From the NCBI GenBank assembly GCA_902623535.1, contig CACNUA010000005.1, positions 109 to 64,108 on the forward strand: a DNA stretch of 64,000 bases, given 5' to 3'. The notes beneath the pieces were generated by a model that was given only the letters and a program-made list of their open reading frames with translations, searched no databases and had not been told where the DNA came from. A program made the translations under genes and the position numbers. The stretch is from an uncultured SAR86 cluster bacterium (GTDB lineage: Bacteria; Pseudomonadota; Gammaproteobacteria; Magnimaribacterales; D2472). Below are positions 1 to 12,782 of the stretch, one piece after another; position 1 is the first letter of the stretch, and every line of letters starts with the position of its first letter.

Positions 1-922
<922 letters not shown>

Positions 923-1798
923 TTAGGGCTTTTGTGTACCGTCAGATTTGTTTAGATACTTAAAGTAATCAGACTTGGGATCTATTAACAATACATCTGC
1001 CTTATTTTGGAAAGTACTGGTATACCCCTTTATGCTTCTTGTAAATTCATAAAACTCAGGATCTTTTGAAAAAGCGTTAGCATAAATGGCTGCTGCTTTT
1101 GCATCTCCTTCACCGCGGATCTGCTCAGCTTGCTTATAGGCCTCTGCAAGAATAATAACTTTCTGTTTGTCTGCTTTAGAACGTATTTCATTAGAAAGCT
1201 CTTTACCCTCTGATCTTAACTCTTCAGCGAGTCTATTTCTTTCTGTACGCATTCTTTCAAAGACAGAGCTGCTTAGCTCTGATGGTAGATCAATTCTCTT
1301 AACTCTAAAATCGATGATTTCAATGCCAAGATCAGATACGGATGCACCAAGATTATTTGTCATAGAATTCATCATTTCATCTCGCTCACCGGAGACAAGT
1401 TCTGTAACGGTTCTCTGGCCAAACTGATTTTTGAGTTCAAATTCTGTTCTCTGACCGAGCAGGTTATTAAGTGTAAGGAAGCTTCCACTAGTAGCTTTGT
1501 AAAAAGTTAATACATCAATAATTTTATATTTCACAAATGAATCAACTAGGAGATATTTACTTTCTACCGTAAGTATTCTGTTGGGCTCCTCATCAAGACT
1601 TTGCAATCTTGCATCAAATTTTCTAACACTCTGAATAAGTGGAAGTTTGAAATGAATTCCAACCTCAACGTCAGGCTTGATAACCTCACCAAATTGAGTT
1701 ACCAATGCTTTTTCCTTTTCATTAACTATGTAAATGCTGTTAGCAATAACGGCTATGATTAGGGCAGAAAGAATTAATATAAGATTAGATCTATTCAT
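923..1798 (-). CDS. hflC: Protease modulator HflC (SPFH domain)
   Basis: SPFH protein with VKRIDLP and FERMRTER motifs, downstream of hflK; start probably at one of the ATGs 1798-1804 rather than 1840. Confidence 0.93.
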   Translation of the reverse strand: MNRSNLILILSALIIAVIANSIYIVNEKEKALVTQFGEVIKPDVEVGIHFKLPLIQSVRKFDARLQSLDEEPNRILTVESKYLLVDSFVKYKIIDVLTFYKATSGSFLTLNNLLGQRTEFELKNQFGQRTVTELVSGERDEMMNSMTNNLGASVSDLGIEIIDFRVKRIDLPSELSSSVFERMRTERNRLAEELRSEGKELSNEIRSKADKQKVIILAEAYKQAEQIRGEGDAKAAAIYANAFSKDPEFYEFTRSIKGYTSTFQNKADVLLIDPKSDYFKYLNKSDGTQKP

Positions 1799-2837
1799 CA
1801 TCATCCTCCGCTTTTTTATTTTGCTCCATGATTTTATCAAGCGGAAGATAAAGCAGGTTGTTACCCCCTTCTACATCCACCATAATTTTTGTTGAGTTAG
1901 ACAGGACACTTTGGATCGCATCAAGATAAAGCCTATCACGCGTTACTTTTGGAGCTTTTTGATACTCTGCTAGAAGCTTTTCAAATCTAACAACCTCACC
2001 TTCTGCATTTGCGATTACTTCTTCTCGATATGCCTCTGCAGCTTGCACCCTAGCAACCCCTTGACCACGAGCCTCAGGAACAATGGATAGAGCATATCTT
2101 TCAGCCTCATTCTGAAGTCTAACCTTGTCTTCTCTTGCAGCCACAACATCATCAAAGGCTTCTTTTACAGCAGTCGGAGGATCTGTCTTTTCTATGTTCA
2201 CTTGTTGAACAATTAAACCAGTAGAATAAAGATCTAAATAACTTTGAAGACGTTCCTGCACATTCAGTGCAAGGGTTTGCCTACCTGTTGTAAGTGTTTC
2301 TTCGAGTGAATTATCTCCAACAACATGACGTAAAGAACTTTCTGTAGCCTGGCGGAGGCTTGCTTCTGGGTCGTTAACGTTTAATACAAAATCTTTAAGA
2401 TTTTTTATTCGATATTGAATTGAAATCGTAACATCAACTAGATTTTCGTCTTGAGTTAACATATTTGCAGTTTGAGAAAAACGTCTAGTAAGGGCAACAT
2501 TCTCAACAAATCGCTCATCAATACCAGCGATCATAAAATTCAGACCCTCATCAGTTTCTTGATAGTATGTTCCCAATCTTAGTACAACGGCTCTCTCGGG
2601 TGCTTCAAGCTGATAAACACACATTGATGCATAAATAATTAGTAGGCCGAAGATTCCATATATGAAGATTCTTTTGAAAGAAAAGTTATTTCCAGAACCC
2701 CCCGATCCATTAGTAGAATTTTTATTTCCTCCAAATAGTAGAGAAAATTGTTTCATTAGATCATCAAAATTAGGGCCATCATTATTGTTGTTGTTTCGAC
2801 CCCAAGGGTCTTGGTTGTTTTGGTTATCCCAGTTCAC
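1791..2837 (-). CDS. hflK: FtsH protease modulator HflK
   Basis: N-terminal W...QDPWG motif, MLTQDEN, APKVTRDRLYLD, GNNLLYLPLDK. Confidence 0.95.
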   Translation of the reverse strand: MNWDNQNNQDPWGRNNNNNDGPNFDDLMKQFSLLFGGNKNSTNGSGGSGNNFSFKRIFIYGIFGLLIIYASMCVYQLEAPERAVVLRLGTYYQETDEGLNFMIAGIDERFVENVALTRRFSQTANMLTQDENLVDVTISIQYRIKNLKDFVLNVNDPEASLRQATESSLRHVVGDNSLEETLTTGRQTLALNVQERLQSYLDLYSTGLIVQQVNIEKTDPPTAVKEAFDDVVAAREDKVRLQNEAERYALSIVPEARGQGVARVQAAEAYREEVIANAEGEVVRFEKLLAEYQKAPKVTRDRLYLDAIQSVLSNSTKIMVDVEGGNNLLYLPLDKIMEQNKKAEDDDE

Positions 2838-2904
2838 GTTATTGCCTTTAAAATGAAGATTATATCTAGTATTTGAGGACGAAAGTTAATAATTAAAGAA
2901 TTAC

Positions 2905-3840
2905 TTATAACTTTAAGCCCTTTTTAATAAATTCTCTTGCGGCGTCTTGCTCATGTAAGTCAAAAAAATTTAAATCCTGCCAACTTCTCATCCATGTAAT
3001 TTGTCTTTTTGCTAATTGTCGTGTTCCAAAAATAGATTTTTCTAACATTTCGGACTCTTTTAGAGAACCATTTAGTACCATAAATGCCTGCTTGTAGTTA
3101 ACTGCTTTTAAGATAGGATGAGTTTTTTTCAGATTATTATTCATGATCAATTCATCAAGTTCATTAATCAATTTATCATTTACAAGACTTGGTTGCCTTT
3201 TCTCAATTCTTTTATGTAATTTAGCTCTTTGATTTGGGAATATTCCGATCTGAATAATATTGTATTCATTTCTGATGCCTGATTTAGCCGAGTCTTTATC
3301 TTGATTATTTTGGTTTAGCTCTATCTCTATTGCCCTTATCAGTCTTTGCTTATCATTAGGAGAAATTTCTTGAGCTTTTGTTGGATTTAATTTAACTAAT
3401 TGATCAAACAATTTATTTGACCCATTTTCTTTCAGTTCAGCAATTAACTTTTTTCTTAGTACGTAATCGGCATTAGGCAATGAGTGAATTCCTTCAAAAA
3501 GACTTTTGAAATACATCATTGTACCCCCTACAAATAATGGGACTTTTCCATCATCAACAATTTTTTTTGCAAGAATTGAGGCATCATTTATGAACTCGGC
3601 TACATTATAGATTTCACTTAGTGAACAGTGATCTATCAAATAATGTGGATACTTTTTCAACGTATCTTGATCAGGTTTACCTGATCCAACATTGCAACCC
3701 TTATAGACCTGGACCGAGTCAACAGAAATTAATTCAAATGTTTTTGGAAATTTATCTATGATTTCAATTGCCCAGCTAGTTTTGCCTGACGCAGTGGGTC
3801 CAAGAAGAAATATAGCTGAGGGCTTGGATTGGTTACCCAA
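2905..3840 (-). CDS. miaA: tRNA dimethylallyltransferase
   Basis: GPTASGKT, ISVDSVQVY, VGGTMMY, TRQLAKRQITW. Confidence 0.95.
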   Translation of the reverse strand: MGNQSKPSAIFLLGPTASGKTSWAIEIIDKFPKTFELISVDSVQVYKGCNVGSGKPDQDTLKKYPHYLIDHCSLSEIYNVAEFINDASILAKKIVDDGKVPLFVGGTMMYFKSLFEGIHSLPNADYVLRKKLIAELKENGSNKLFDQLVKLNPTKAQEISPNDKQRLIRAIEIELNQNNQDKDSAKSGIRNEYNIIQIGIFPNQRAKLHKRIEKRQPSLVNDKLINELDELIMNNNLKKTHPILKAVNYKQAFMVLNGSLKESEMLEKSIFGTRQLAKRQITWMRSWQDLNFFDLHEQDAAREFIKKGLKL

Positions 3841-3842
3841 GT

Positions 3843-5425
<1,583 letters not shown>

Positions 5426-5470
5426 TGTGAGAATACTTTAAATGTAATAATAACGGTTTTATTAAAGAAT

Positions 5471-6313
5471 ATGAGCATCATTATTTTCTTATGGAAATTA
5501 ATCATTCGAATCCCTCGAAGATTTCATGGTGCAAAACTATTTTCATTCTTATTAAAAATACTTTTATTTAATCGAATAAAAGTTGCTAAGAAAAATATAA
5601 ACCTATGCTTCAAAGAAATGAATAAACAAGAACTTAGGGATCTTTTCAAAAAAAATGTTGAGGCTGCTTCTATGTCAATCTTTGATATAGGAATTGCATG
5701 GTTTTGGAGCGATGCAAGAATTAAAAATGAACTTCCCAGCAAGATAACTAACTTGGAGCTAATAAAAAATAATTCCCAGGGAAATTTAATTATCTTTAAA
5801 CATTCTTTGCATTTGGAGCTGGATGCAAGGATTTTGGGGATGCAAGCAGAATTGTATGGTGTAGGCAGAGAACATAACTCTCCATATATGCATAAAATTA
5901 TTGATTCTGGTAGAAAAAGAGCCGTTAAAGATACAGCAACCAAAAAAGAAACTCTAAGATTTATTAAATGGTTAAAGGAGGGGAAAAACGTTATGTATGC
6001 AATTGATCAAGATTATGGAACAAAACATTCAAAAAAGATAAATTTTTTTGGGATACCGACCTTTACAATAACAACTGCTGAAAGACTGCAAGGGATAACA
6101 AATTGTAACGTTATTTTTTTAGACTCATGGTTTAAAGATGGAGTGCTTCGAATTAACCTTGAAGAAATATCTAGAAATAATGCCATAGCTTCAACTGAAA
6201 TGATTAGTCAAAGAATTGAATTATCAATTAGAAGAAATCCAAGTGAGTACCTTTGGCATCATAAAAGATTTAAAAGTTCTCTAGGAAAAGAGTTTTATAA
6301 GGATGCTAGATAA
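5471..6313 (+). CDS. lpxL: Lipid A late acyltransferase (LpxL/HtrB family)
   Basis: HSLHLEL, DQDYG, PSEYLWHHKRFK; divergent from waaA. Confidence 0.85.
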   Translation: MSIIIFLWKLIIRIPRRFHGAKLFSFLLKILLFNRIKVAKKNINLCFKEMNKQELRDLFKKNVEAASMSIFDIGIAWFWSDARIKNELPSKITNLELIKNNSQGNLIIFKHSLHLELDARILGMQAELYGVGREHNSPYMHKIIDSGRKRAVKDTATKKETLRFIKWLKEGKNVMYAIDQDYGTKHSKKINFFGIPTFTITTAERLQGITNCNVIFLDSWFKDGVLRINLEEISRNNAIASTEMISQRIELSIRRNPSEYLWHHKRFKSSLGKEFYKDAR

Positions 6314-6902
6314 GATCAATTCACTAAAAGGATATATGCCACTGCATGAGGGAGAGGCTTTAGTAAAATGGGCGGAAAAATTTTCAAAGATAGGCCCTAT
6401 TTTAGAAATAGGAACATTTGGAGGGAAGTCTGCTGCATTCTTGGCTTATGGTTCAAGAAAAAATAATCAGTTAGTTTATACAATTGATCATCATCGGGGA
6501 TCTGAAGAACATCAGCTTGGAGAAGAGTATTTTGATAAAGAAAATTTTGATGAGGCCCTTAACAGGATAAATACAGTTCCTTTGCTCCAAAAGAATCTAG
6601 AGGAAGTTAAAGAAATTACAAACATAATCCCAATAATTGGTGACGCAAATACTATTTCACAATCATGGCAAACAAGATTAGGAATGTTATTTATAGATGG
6701 CAGTCATAGTTTTGAGTCCGCAAATAATGACTATGAAAACTGGAAACATTTAATTGAAAAGCATGGTGCCTTGGCCTTTCATGATATCTTTGAAGATCCA
6801 AGCAAAGGAGGCCAAGCACCATATAAAGTCTTCCAAAAGGCCATCGATGATGGTTATAAGATTTTTGATAGAGTTGATACAGCGGTTTGTCTTACGTATT
6901 AG
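6303..6902 (+). CDS. Class I SAM-dependent methyltransferase (Methyltransf_24-like)
   Basis: LEIGTFGGKS, DHHRGSEEHQ, LFIDGSH, FHDIF. Confidence 0.85.
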   Translation: MLDKINSLKGYMPLHEGEALVKWAEKFSKIGPILEIGTFGGKSAAFLAYGSRKNNQLVYTIDHHRGSEEHQLGEEYFDKENFDEALNRINTVPLLQKNLEEVKEITNIIPIIGDANTISQSWQTRLGMLFIDGSHSFESANNDYENWKHLIEKHGALAFHDIFEDPSKGGQAPYKVFQKAIDDGYKIFDRVDTAVCLTY

Positions 6903-7912
6903 ACTAAATTAGTAGTAAAGACTCGTGATGCTCTTGATATATTATAAATGGCATCTTCTGCAAGAATTAATGCAGCAATGGTCCAACTTGGCTGCTCAAA
7001 GGGCCAAAATATTTTTTCGTTAAATTGCCATCCCATATATGGAATTTGTTCGTCATCGCTAATGGTTTTAACTTCTTGTAAAATCTTAATTGCCCTTTCT
7101 CTATGTCCTGCTTTTACAAGAGCAATACAAAATTCGCATGTCTCGGCTACTGTAACCCAAGGTTCTTCCGCAACACACTTTACTCCTAATCCATCAACAT
7201 AGAATCTCTGCATTGTTTTTTCGACATACATATCCTCTTGTTCTGTTGATAATGCTCCAGATAGAATTGGATAATACGCATCCATTGAGAAATTGCTTCT
7301 ATCAGCTTTTAAATCAAAATTGTTTTTTGGGGCTTGAATACATTTTTTTGCGCTTTGATAAATTTCACTCCATTTGTCTTTATTGGGTAATTCCCCCATT
7401 ACATCTGCAAGAAAAATTGAGCACTCAAGGCTTTTAACTGTTGAACTATTGCCGGTAAGCAAAAAGTCAATATCATACTCACCGTCTTCATCAATGTTCC
7501 AAATAAATGCGCCCGATTCAGACTGCATATCCAAAAGAAAATCATTTGCCATAAGAAGGCAACTCCAACTCTCTTTAGTAAAGGCTTTATCTTGAAAAAG
7601 GATGTAATGGAATGCGAGTGCTGTTGCAAAATAAGCTGCATGATTTGATTGTTTATTGAGCTTTGTGGGATTAGATTTTTTGTATTCTTCATACCAACTT
7701 CCATCCGAGTTTTGATTAAGTCGAGACCATACTAGACCTCTCTCAAATTCATCTTTAAATCCTGCAATACCAAGACCAATGCAAGCTTCTAAATGATCCC
7801 AATGATCGTGAGTTTGATCATCCTTACAAATTATTGAACCATCAGAATTTTGATATTCCTTAAGTTTGTTACCTAAGTGACAAATAAAATCTTCTGAAGA
7901 ATGGATAGCCAT
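6899..7912 (-). CDS. (alpha/alpha)-barrel protein, prenyltransferase/squalene-cyclase-like or six-hairpin glycosidase-like
   Basis: QW-like repeats QNSDGSI, QNSDGSW, QSESGAF; DHWDHLEA, WVTVAETCE, QPSWT. Confidence 0.7.
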   Translation of the reverse strand: MAIHSSEDFICHLGNKLKEYQNSDGSIICKDDQTHDHWDHLEACIGLGIAGFKDEFERGLVWSRLNQNSDGSWYEEYKKSNPTKLNKQSNHAAYFATALAFHYILFQDKAFTKESWSCLLMANDFLLDMQSESGAFIWNIDEDGEYDIDFLLTGNSSTVKSLECSIFLADVMGELPNKDKWSEIYQSAKKCIQAPKNNFDLKADRSNFSMDAYYPILSGALSTEQEDMYVEKTMQRFYVDGLGVKCVAEEPWVTVAETCEFCIALVKAGHRERAIKILQEVKTISDDEQIPYMGWQFNEKIFWPFEQPSWTIAALILAEDAIYNISRASRVFTTNLV

Positions 7913-7915
7913 AAA

Positions 7916-8620
7916 TTAATTTTTCTTAAAATAAAAACTGATACTCTTTCCAAGGATGGGGTTAAGTAATTTTTCTACTACATCCATGATAGGAGTGTTT
8001 TTTAAGATATGCCTTTCAAGTATTTTTTTATAAACCTTTACTAAAAAATTATTTTCTTGTGTTTTCCAAAAGATGCATCTTAGCCACCAATAAGCAGAAT
8101 GAAATGCATGATATTTTTCGGATTGAATAAAAGAAAAATTATGGTCCTGCATTGCCTTTAAGAAATTTGATTTTTTAAAAATTCTAACGTGGCCGCCTGG
8201 CATATTTTGATATTCCTTTGATAGCATCCAGCAAATTTTCTCCGGCAAAAATGATGGGACACTTGCAAGAAAATATCCTCCCGGCTTTAACACCCTATTG
8301 ATTTCTTGAATTGCTTTATTGTAGTCCTCCAAGTGCTCCAACACTTCAGAGCAAATCACAATGTCTAATTCATTATCTTGAAAAGGGAGATTATAGATTG
8401 AGCCTTGTAAAAATTTTACTAAGTTAAAATCCATCTCTTTAAAAAAATCCAAGCCTTCATTGCTCTTTTCTAATGATGGAATATCCATATCGACCCCAAA
8501 AAGATTTAGGCCTGACTGAGCATCCATTGCTCCAAAAATATGTCTACCCTCTCCGCATCCGACATCCAGTATTTTGTTGCCTCGTGATAAATTAATTTTT
8601 GAGAAATTAAATGTCAGCAT
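7916..8620 (-). CDS. Class I SAM-dependent methyltransferase
   Basis: ILDVGCGEGRH, SEVLEH, RVLKPGG. Confidence 0.9.
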   Translation of the reverse strand: MLTFNFSKINLSRGNKILDVGCGEGRHIFGAMDAQSGLNLFGVDMDIPSLEKSNEGLDFFKEMDFNLVKFLQGSIYNLPFQDNELDIVICSEVLEHLEDYNKAIQEINRVLKPGGYFLASVPSFLPEKICWMLSKEYQNMPGGHVRIFKKSNFLKAMQDHNFSFIQSEKYHAFHSAYWWLRCIFWKTQENNFLVKVYKKILERHILKNTPIMDVVEKLLNPILGKSISFYFKKN

Positions 8621-9854
8621 GCTTTGTTAAAATTGAAGAGATATGTTCTATATAACTGTTTGCAATAACTGGCCAACTAAAGTTTTGTAAAATGTGATCT
8701 CGTCCTAAATTAGCTTTTTTCATGTAGTGATCATAGTTCTGGAAAATATTATCCAATGAATTAAAAATATCTTCATGACTTTCAGGGGCAATCATCTCAG
8801 CATAAGGTCCAGTAATCTCTGGTATTGAGGCAACATCTGTAGCAATTAGAGGAACGGCACATGCCATAGCCTCTCCAACTGGAAAGCCAAACCCCTCATA
8901 CAAAGAACTTACAATCGCAACTTGGCTGGAGGCATATTCATCACTAACCTCTTGATTGGTTAAGTTAGTTTTAAACGACACAAACTCATCAATACCTAGC
9001 TTTGAAATCAATCTTTCAGTATGACCCCCAGATCTAGGCTTCCCAATAACTACCAAATTAATTAATGGGTACTTATCTTTTGCAACAGCTATTGCCCTAA
9101 GAGTGAAGTCCAATCCTTTTAAGGGCACGTCTGCACTTGCCGTAGTAATTAACTTGAATGGTTTCTTTGAGATTATAGTATTTGGTTTAAATATTCCCGT
9201 ATCAATGCCATTTGGAATTACATGAATCTTGCTTGCATCTATATGAAAGTACTTCTGAATGTCATTCTTGGAGCTTTTGGACGGAGAAATAATATTATGC
9301 ATTTTGGGAGCAACTCTTAACTGCATCTTTAAAAATGAATACCAGCTTCGTATAAAGGTCTTCTTTACAATGCCTTTAGCGTACTTTAATTCATACTCTT
9401 TATCCCTCGGGATAGGATGATGGATAATCTGAAAAAGAGGAAATTTTTCTTGAATTTTAATCATTGCATAGGAGAGAGATTGATTATCAATAACAAAATC
9501 GTATTCTTTTCTGGTTGATAAATAATTTTTTGCTCGATTTCCAAATGTTCTCATTTCTGGAAATCCTCCAATCAAAGCTATAAAAAATTCATAATAATCA
9601 TCAAAATCTTTATTTTCTTTATTAAAAAATAAATTTAATCTGTCACGAAAATTAAACGTGCTGAATAGATCTAAACCCGGCAGTTTTATCAAATTAATCC
9701 CGCTAGCTAACTTTGGATAAGGGGGTCCAGAGATAATATCTACATCATGGCCTAAATCTTTAAAAGCCCTGCTAAGCTCATAAACATATATACCTTGCCC
9801 TCCACTAAAGGGCGCACTTCGATAACTTAAAAAAGCTATTTTGAATTTTCTCAC
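8607..9854 (-). CDS. Glycosyltransferase family 4
   Basis: GGQGIYV, VIPNGID, SLYEGFGFPVGEAMAC. Confidence 0.92.
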   Translation of the reverse strand: MRKFKIAFLSYRSAPFSGGQGIYVYELSRAFKDLGHDVDIISGPPYPKLASGINLIKLPGLDLFSTFNFRDRLNLFFNKENKDFDDYYEFFIALIGGFPEMRTFGNRAKNYLSTRKEYDFVIDNQSLSYAMIKIQEKFPLFQIIHHPIPRDKEYELKYAKGIVKKTFIRSWYSFLKMQLRVAPKMHNIISPSKSSKNDIQKYFHIDASKIHVIPNGIDTGIFKPNTIISKKPFKLITTASADVPLKGLDFTLRAIAVAKDKYPLINLVVIGKPRSGGHTERLISKLGIDEFVSFKTNLTNQEVSDEYASSQVAIVSSLYEGFGFPVGEAMACAVPLIATDVASIPEITGPYAEMIAPESHEDIFNSLDNIFQNYDHYMKKANLGRDHILQNFSWPVIANSYIEHISSILTKHADI

Positions 9855-9872
9855 TATAGAGTTTTTTAAATA

Positions 9873-10790
9873 TTAAATCTGGTACAGCCAGTCTTTATAT
9901 TGGTTATTTTTTGCAGAAACTATGTCTTCAAATATTGATTGAAGTTTTTGTGTTGTAGAACCAATTTTACCTGAGCCAATGATCCTATCATCCACCTTGG
10001 AAATTGGTGTTACCTCGACAGCGGTCCCAGTAAAAAAAGCCTCATCAGCATCCAATAAGTCTTCATACTGAAGATTTAATTCTTTTACTTTCAGATTAAG
10101 ATCTGATGCTATTTTTATAATGCTTTGTCTGGTTATACCATTTAAACAGTTTTCAGTAGTTGGAGTAAGAATGTCTCCATTTTTTACAATGAACAAATTC
10201 TCACCGCTGCCTTCTGAAATATTACCCTTGATATCCATCAACAATGCTTCATCCGATCCTCTTGCAAGAGCATCGTTTAGAGCCATTATTGAATTTACGT
10301 AGGTGCCAACTATTTTATTATTTGAATAAAGTGGATTTTCGTATTGTTTATATGGAGAGGTAACAATACTTATGCCATTTTTTTTCTTCTCAGGATCCAT
10401 GTATGAGGGCCACTCCCAACAAGCAACAGCAACATTAACTGTGAGATCACTCGCTCTCAGTCCCAATTCCTCAGAACCAAAAAAAACAATCGGTCTAATG
10501 TATGCCTCCTCTAACTTGTTTTGTTTTAAAGTATCTTTTTGAATTTGGTTTAAGTCCTCTATTGAGTATGGAATATCAATATTTACCTTAGAGGCTGCAT
10601 CAAAGAGCCTTCTAGTATGATCATCCAATCTAAATATTGCTCCTCCTGAATCATTTTTATAAGCCCTTACACCCTCAAAAACACCAACACCATAATGCAG
10701 AGTATGAGTAAGCGCATGAATCTTGGTTTCATCCCATTTAAGAAACTCTCCGTTCATCCAAATGAATTTTGAATCTGTATTTATAAACAT
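9873..10790 (-). CDS. ilvE: Branched-chain amino acid aminotransferase
   Basis: LHYGVGVFEGVRAY, EGSGENLF, GITR, EAFFTGTAVEVTPI. Confidence 0.96.
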   Translation of the reverse strand: MFINTDSKFIWMNGEFLKWDETKIHALTHTLHYGVGVFEGVRAYKNDSGGAIFRLDDHTRRLFDAASKVNIDIPYSIEDLNQIQKDTLKQNKLEEAYIRPIVFFGSEELGLRASDLTVNVAVACWEWPSYMDPEKKKNGISIVTSPYKQYENPLYSNNKIVGTYVNSIMALNDALARGSDEALLMDIKGNISEGSGENLFIVKNGDILTPTTENCLNGITRQSIIKIASDLNLKVKELNLQYEDLLDADEAFFTGTAVEVTPISKVDDRIIGSGKIGSTTQKLQSIFEDIVSAKNNQYKDWLYQI

Positions 10791-10847
10791 TTAAGCGCTG
10801 TATTATGACAAACAAGGTTAAAATATGAAATTCTAAAAGACTTTTAG

Positions 10848-12221
10848 ATGAACAAAAATATTTTCAGAGAATATGACATCAGAGGTGTGTATCCTATTGA
10901 CCTAAATGAAGATGCATATTTTGAAATAGGTTATGCGATAGCTTTTAAATGTAATCAATTAAGTATTGATAGCATTGTCCTTGGAAGAGACGGTCGCTTA
11001 TCTGGAAAATCATTAATGAATGCTCTCGAAAATTCATTATTAAATAATGGAATAAATGTTGAAAATATAGGAATTGTGACAAGTCCGTTACTTTACTATG
11101 CTGCGAAAAAACATAGCTCCAAAAGTGGAATTATGGTTACCGGAAGCCATAATCCAAAAGAATACAACGGTATTAAAATGATTATTAATGATGAGCCTGT
11201 ATCAGGCAAAGAGATATTTGAGCTAATAGGCACACCAAATAATGCAATCAGCAAAGGCACTTCCTCTATAAACAAAGGTGTTATTGATAATTATATTGAG
11301 GAAGTAAAATCAAAAAGTATCCAATCAAAAGACGAAATTAAAGTTGTTATTGATTGTGGCAATGGTGCTGCAGGCGTCATAGCTCCAAAACTTTTTACAG
11401 CACTTGGATTTAATGTAGTTGAAATCTACTGTGAAGTTGATGGCAATTTTCCTAACCATCATCCTGATCCAGGTAATCCTAAAAACTTAAAAGATCTATC
11501 AGATAAAGTTTTAAGTGAAAAAGCCAATATTGGCTTAGCTTTTGATGGAGATGGAGACAGGCTTGGAGTTGTTGATAATGAAGGCAAAATTATTCCACAA
11601 GATAAATTTTTGATGTTGCTTGCAAAAGATATTCTTAAAAACTCACCAAAAGCAAAAATTATTTTTGATGTTAAATGTACCAATAGATTAAAAGATGTGA
11701 TCTTAAGCTATGGAGGTGAGCCAATTATGTCTCCTACAGGTCATTTTCATATTAAAAAGATGCTGAGAAAAACTAATGCCCATCTTGCTGGTGAAATGAG
11801 TGGTCATATTTTCTTTAACGATGATTGGTATGGCTTTGATGATGCCCATTACTCTGGATTTAGACTTATAAAGATATTGATTGAAAATGAATCTGAACTT
11901 TCTGAATTACTTGGTGAATTTCCAGATGGCTTTACTACACCTGAAATAAATATTGATGTCGATGAAGATAAGAAATTCCAAATTGTTGATGAGTTTAAAA
12001 TAGGTGCATCATTTGAAAATGCATCAGTAAGTACGTTGGATGGCCTAAGAGTTGAATATGAGGATGGATGGGGTCTTTTAAGGGCTTCCAATACTACACC
12101 TAAACTAGTTCTTAGATTTGAGGGCACAAGTCAAAGAAGTTTAGATAACATAATTCGAAAATTTGATGCGGAATTTCAAAAAGTGCATCCTAATCTTGAT
12201 AAGATAATTGATCAAACATGA
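10848..12221 (+). CDS. algC: Phosphomannomutase/phosphoglucomutase
   Basis: FREYDIRG, TGSHNP, FDGDGDR, GEMSGH, RASNTTP. Confidence 0.93.
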   Translation: MNKNIFREYDIRGVYPIDLNEDAYFEIGYAIAFKCNQLSIDSIVLGRDGRLSGKSLMNALENSLLNNGINVENIGIVTSPLLYYAAKKHSSKSGIMVTGSHNPKEYNGIKMIINDEPVSGKEIFELIGTPNNAISKGTSSINKGVIDNYIEEVKSKSIQSKDEIKVVIDCGNGAAGVIAPKLFTALGFNVVEIYCEVDGNFPNHHPDPGNPKNLKDLSDKVLSEKANIGLAFDGDGDRLGVVDNEGKIIPQDKFLMLLAKDILKNSPKAKIIFDVKCTNRLKDVILSYGGEPIMSPTGHFHIKKMLRKTNAHLAGEMSGHIFFNDDWYGFDDAHYSGFRLIKILIENESELSELLGEFPDGFTTPEINIDVDEDKKFQIVDEFKIGASFENASVSTLDGLRVEYEDGWGLLRASNTTPKLVLRFEGTSQRSLDNIIRKFDAEFQKVHPNLDKIIDQT

Positions 12222-12781
12222 AGAATGAAAGGAAACAAATAATCTTACAGGCTTTAGCGCAGCTTTTAGAAAAAAGAAATCCTTCCAAAATAACTACAGC
12301 ACTTTTAGCAAAAGAATCAAAAATCACTGAGGCTGCACTATATCGTCATTTTCCTAGCAAGCGAATAATCTATCTAGAATTATTTAATTTTTGTGATGTT
12401 TCAATTCGAGAGAAGATATCTGAATTAAAAAAAACAGATAAAAATTCAATAGAGCAAATCAAAGTTCTTTTCTTCTTCTTAGTAATGTTCGTTGAAAAAA
12501 ATAAAGGTTTTGCAAGAATTCTTTCAAGAGAAGCATTGGGGCCAGCTGAAAAAAATGTAATTGATGCTGTTAATCAATTCTTCAATAGCCTTGAGTTATC
12601 TGTAAAACAAATACTTGCTGATGAAAAAAAACTCATTGCTCCAGCGGGCCTATGTGCTCAAATAGTAATCACTGGCCTTGAAGGAATAGTGGCAAGATTT
12701 ATTCGCAATGAATTTAAAGAAAACCCAAGTAGCTACTTAGATAACTACTGGCAAATACTTGAAAGATCCATTCTGAAATAG
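12218..12781 (+). CDS. slmA: Nucleoid occlusion factor SlmA (TetR family)
   Basis: RKQIILQALAQLLE...ITTALLA...EAALYRHFPSK; downstream of algC. Confidence 0.85.
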   Translation: MKNERKQIILQALAQLLEKRNPSKITTALLAKESKITEAALYRHFPSKRIIYLELFNFCDVSIREKISELKKTDKNSIEQIKVLFFFLVMFVEKNKGFARILSREALGPAEKNVIDAVNQFFNSLELSVKQILADEKKLIAPAGLCAQIVITGLEGIVARFIRNEFKENPSSYLDNYWQILERSILK

Positions 12782-12782
12782 A

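Noticed and set aside
2690..2837. Asn/Gly-rich repeats at the hflK 5' end
   Set aside because: Typical disordered HflK N-terminus
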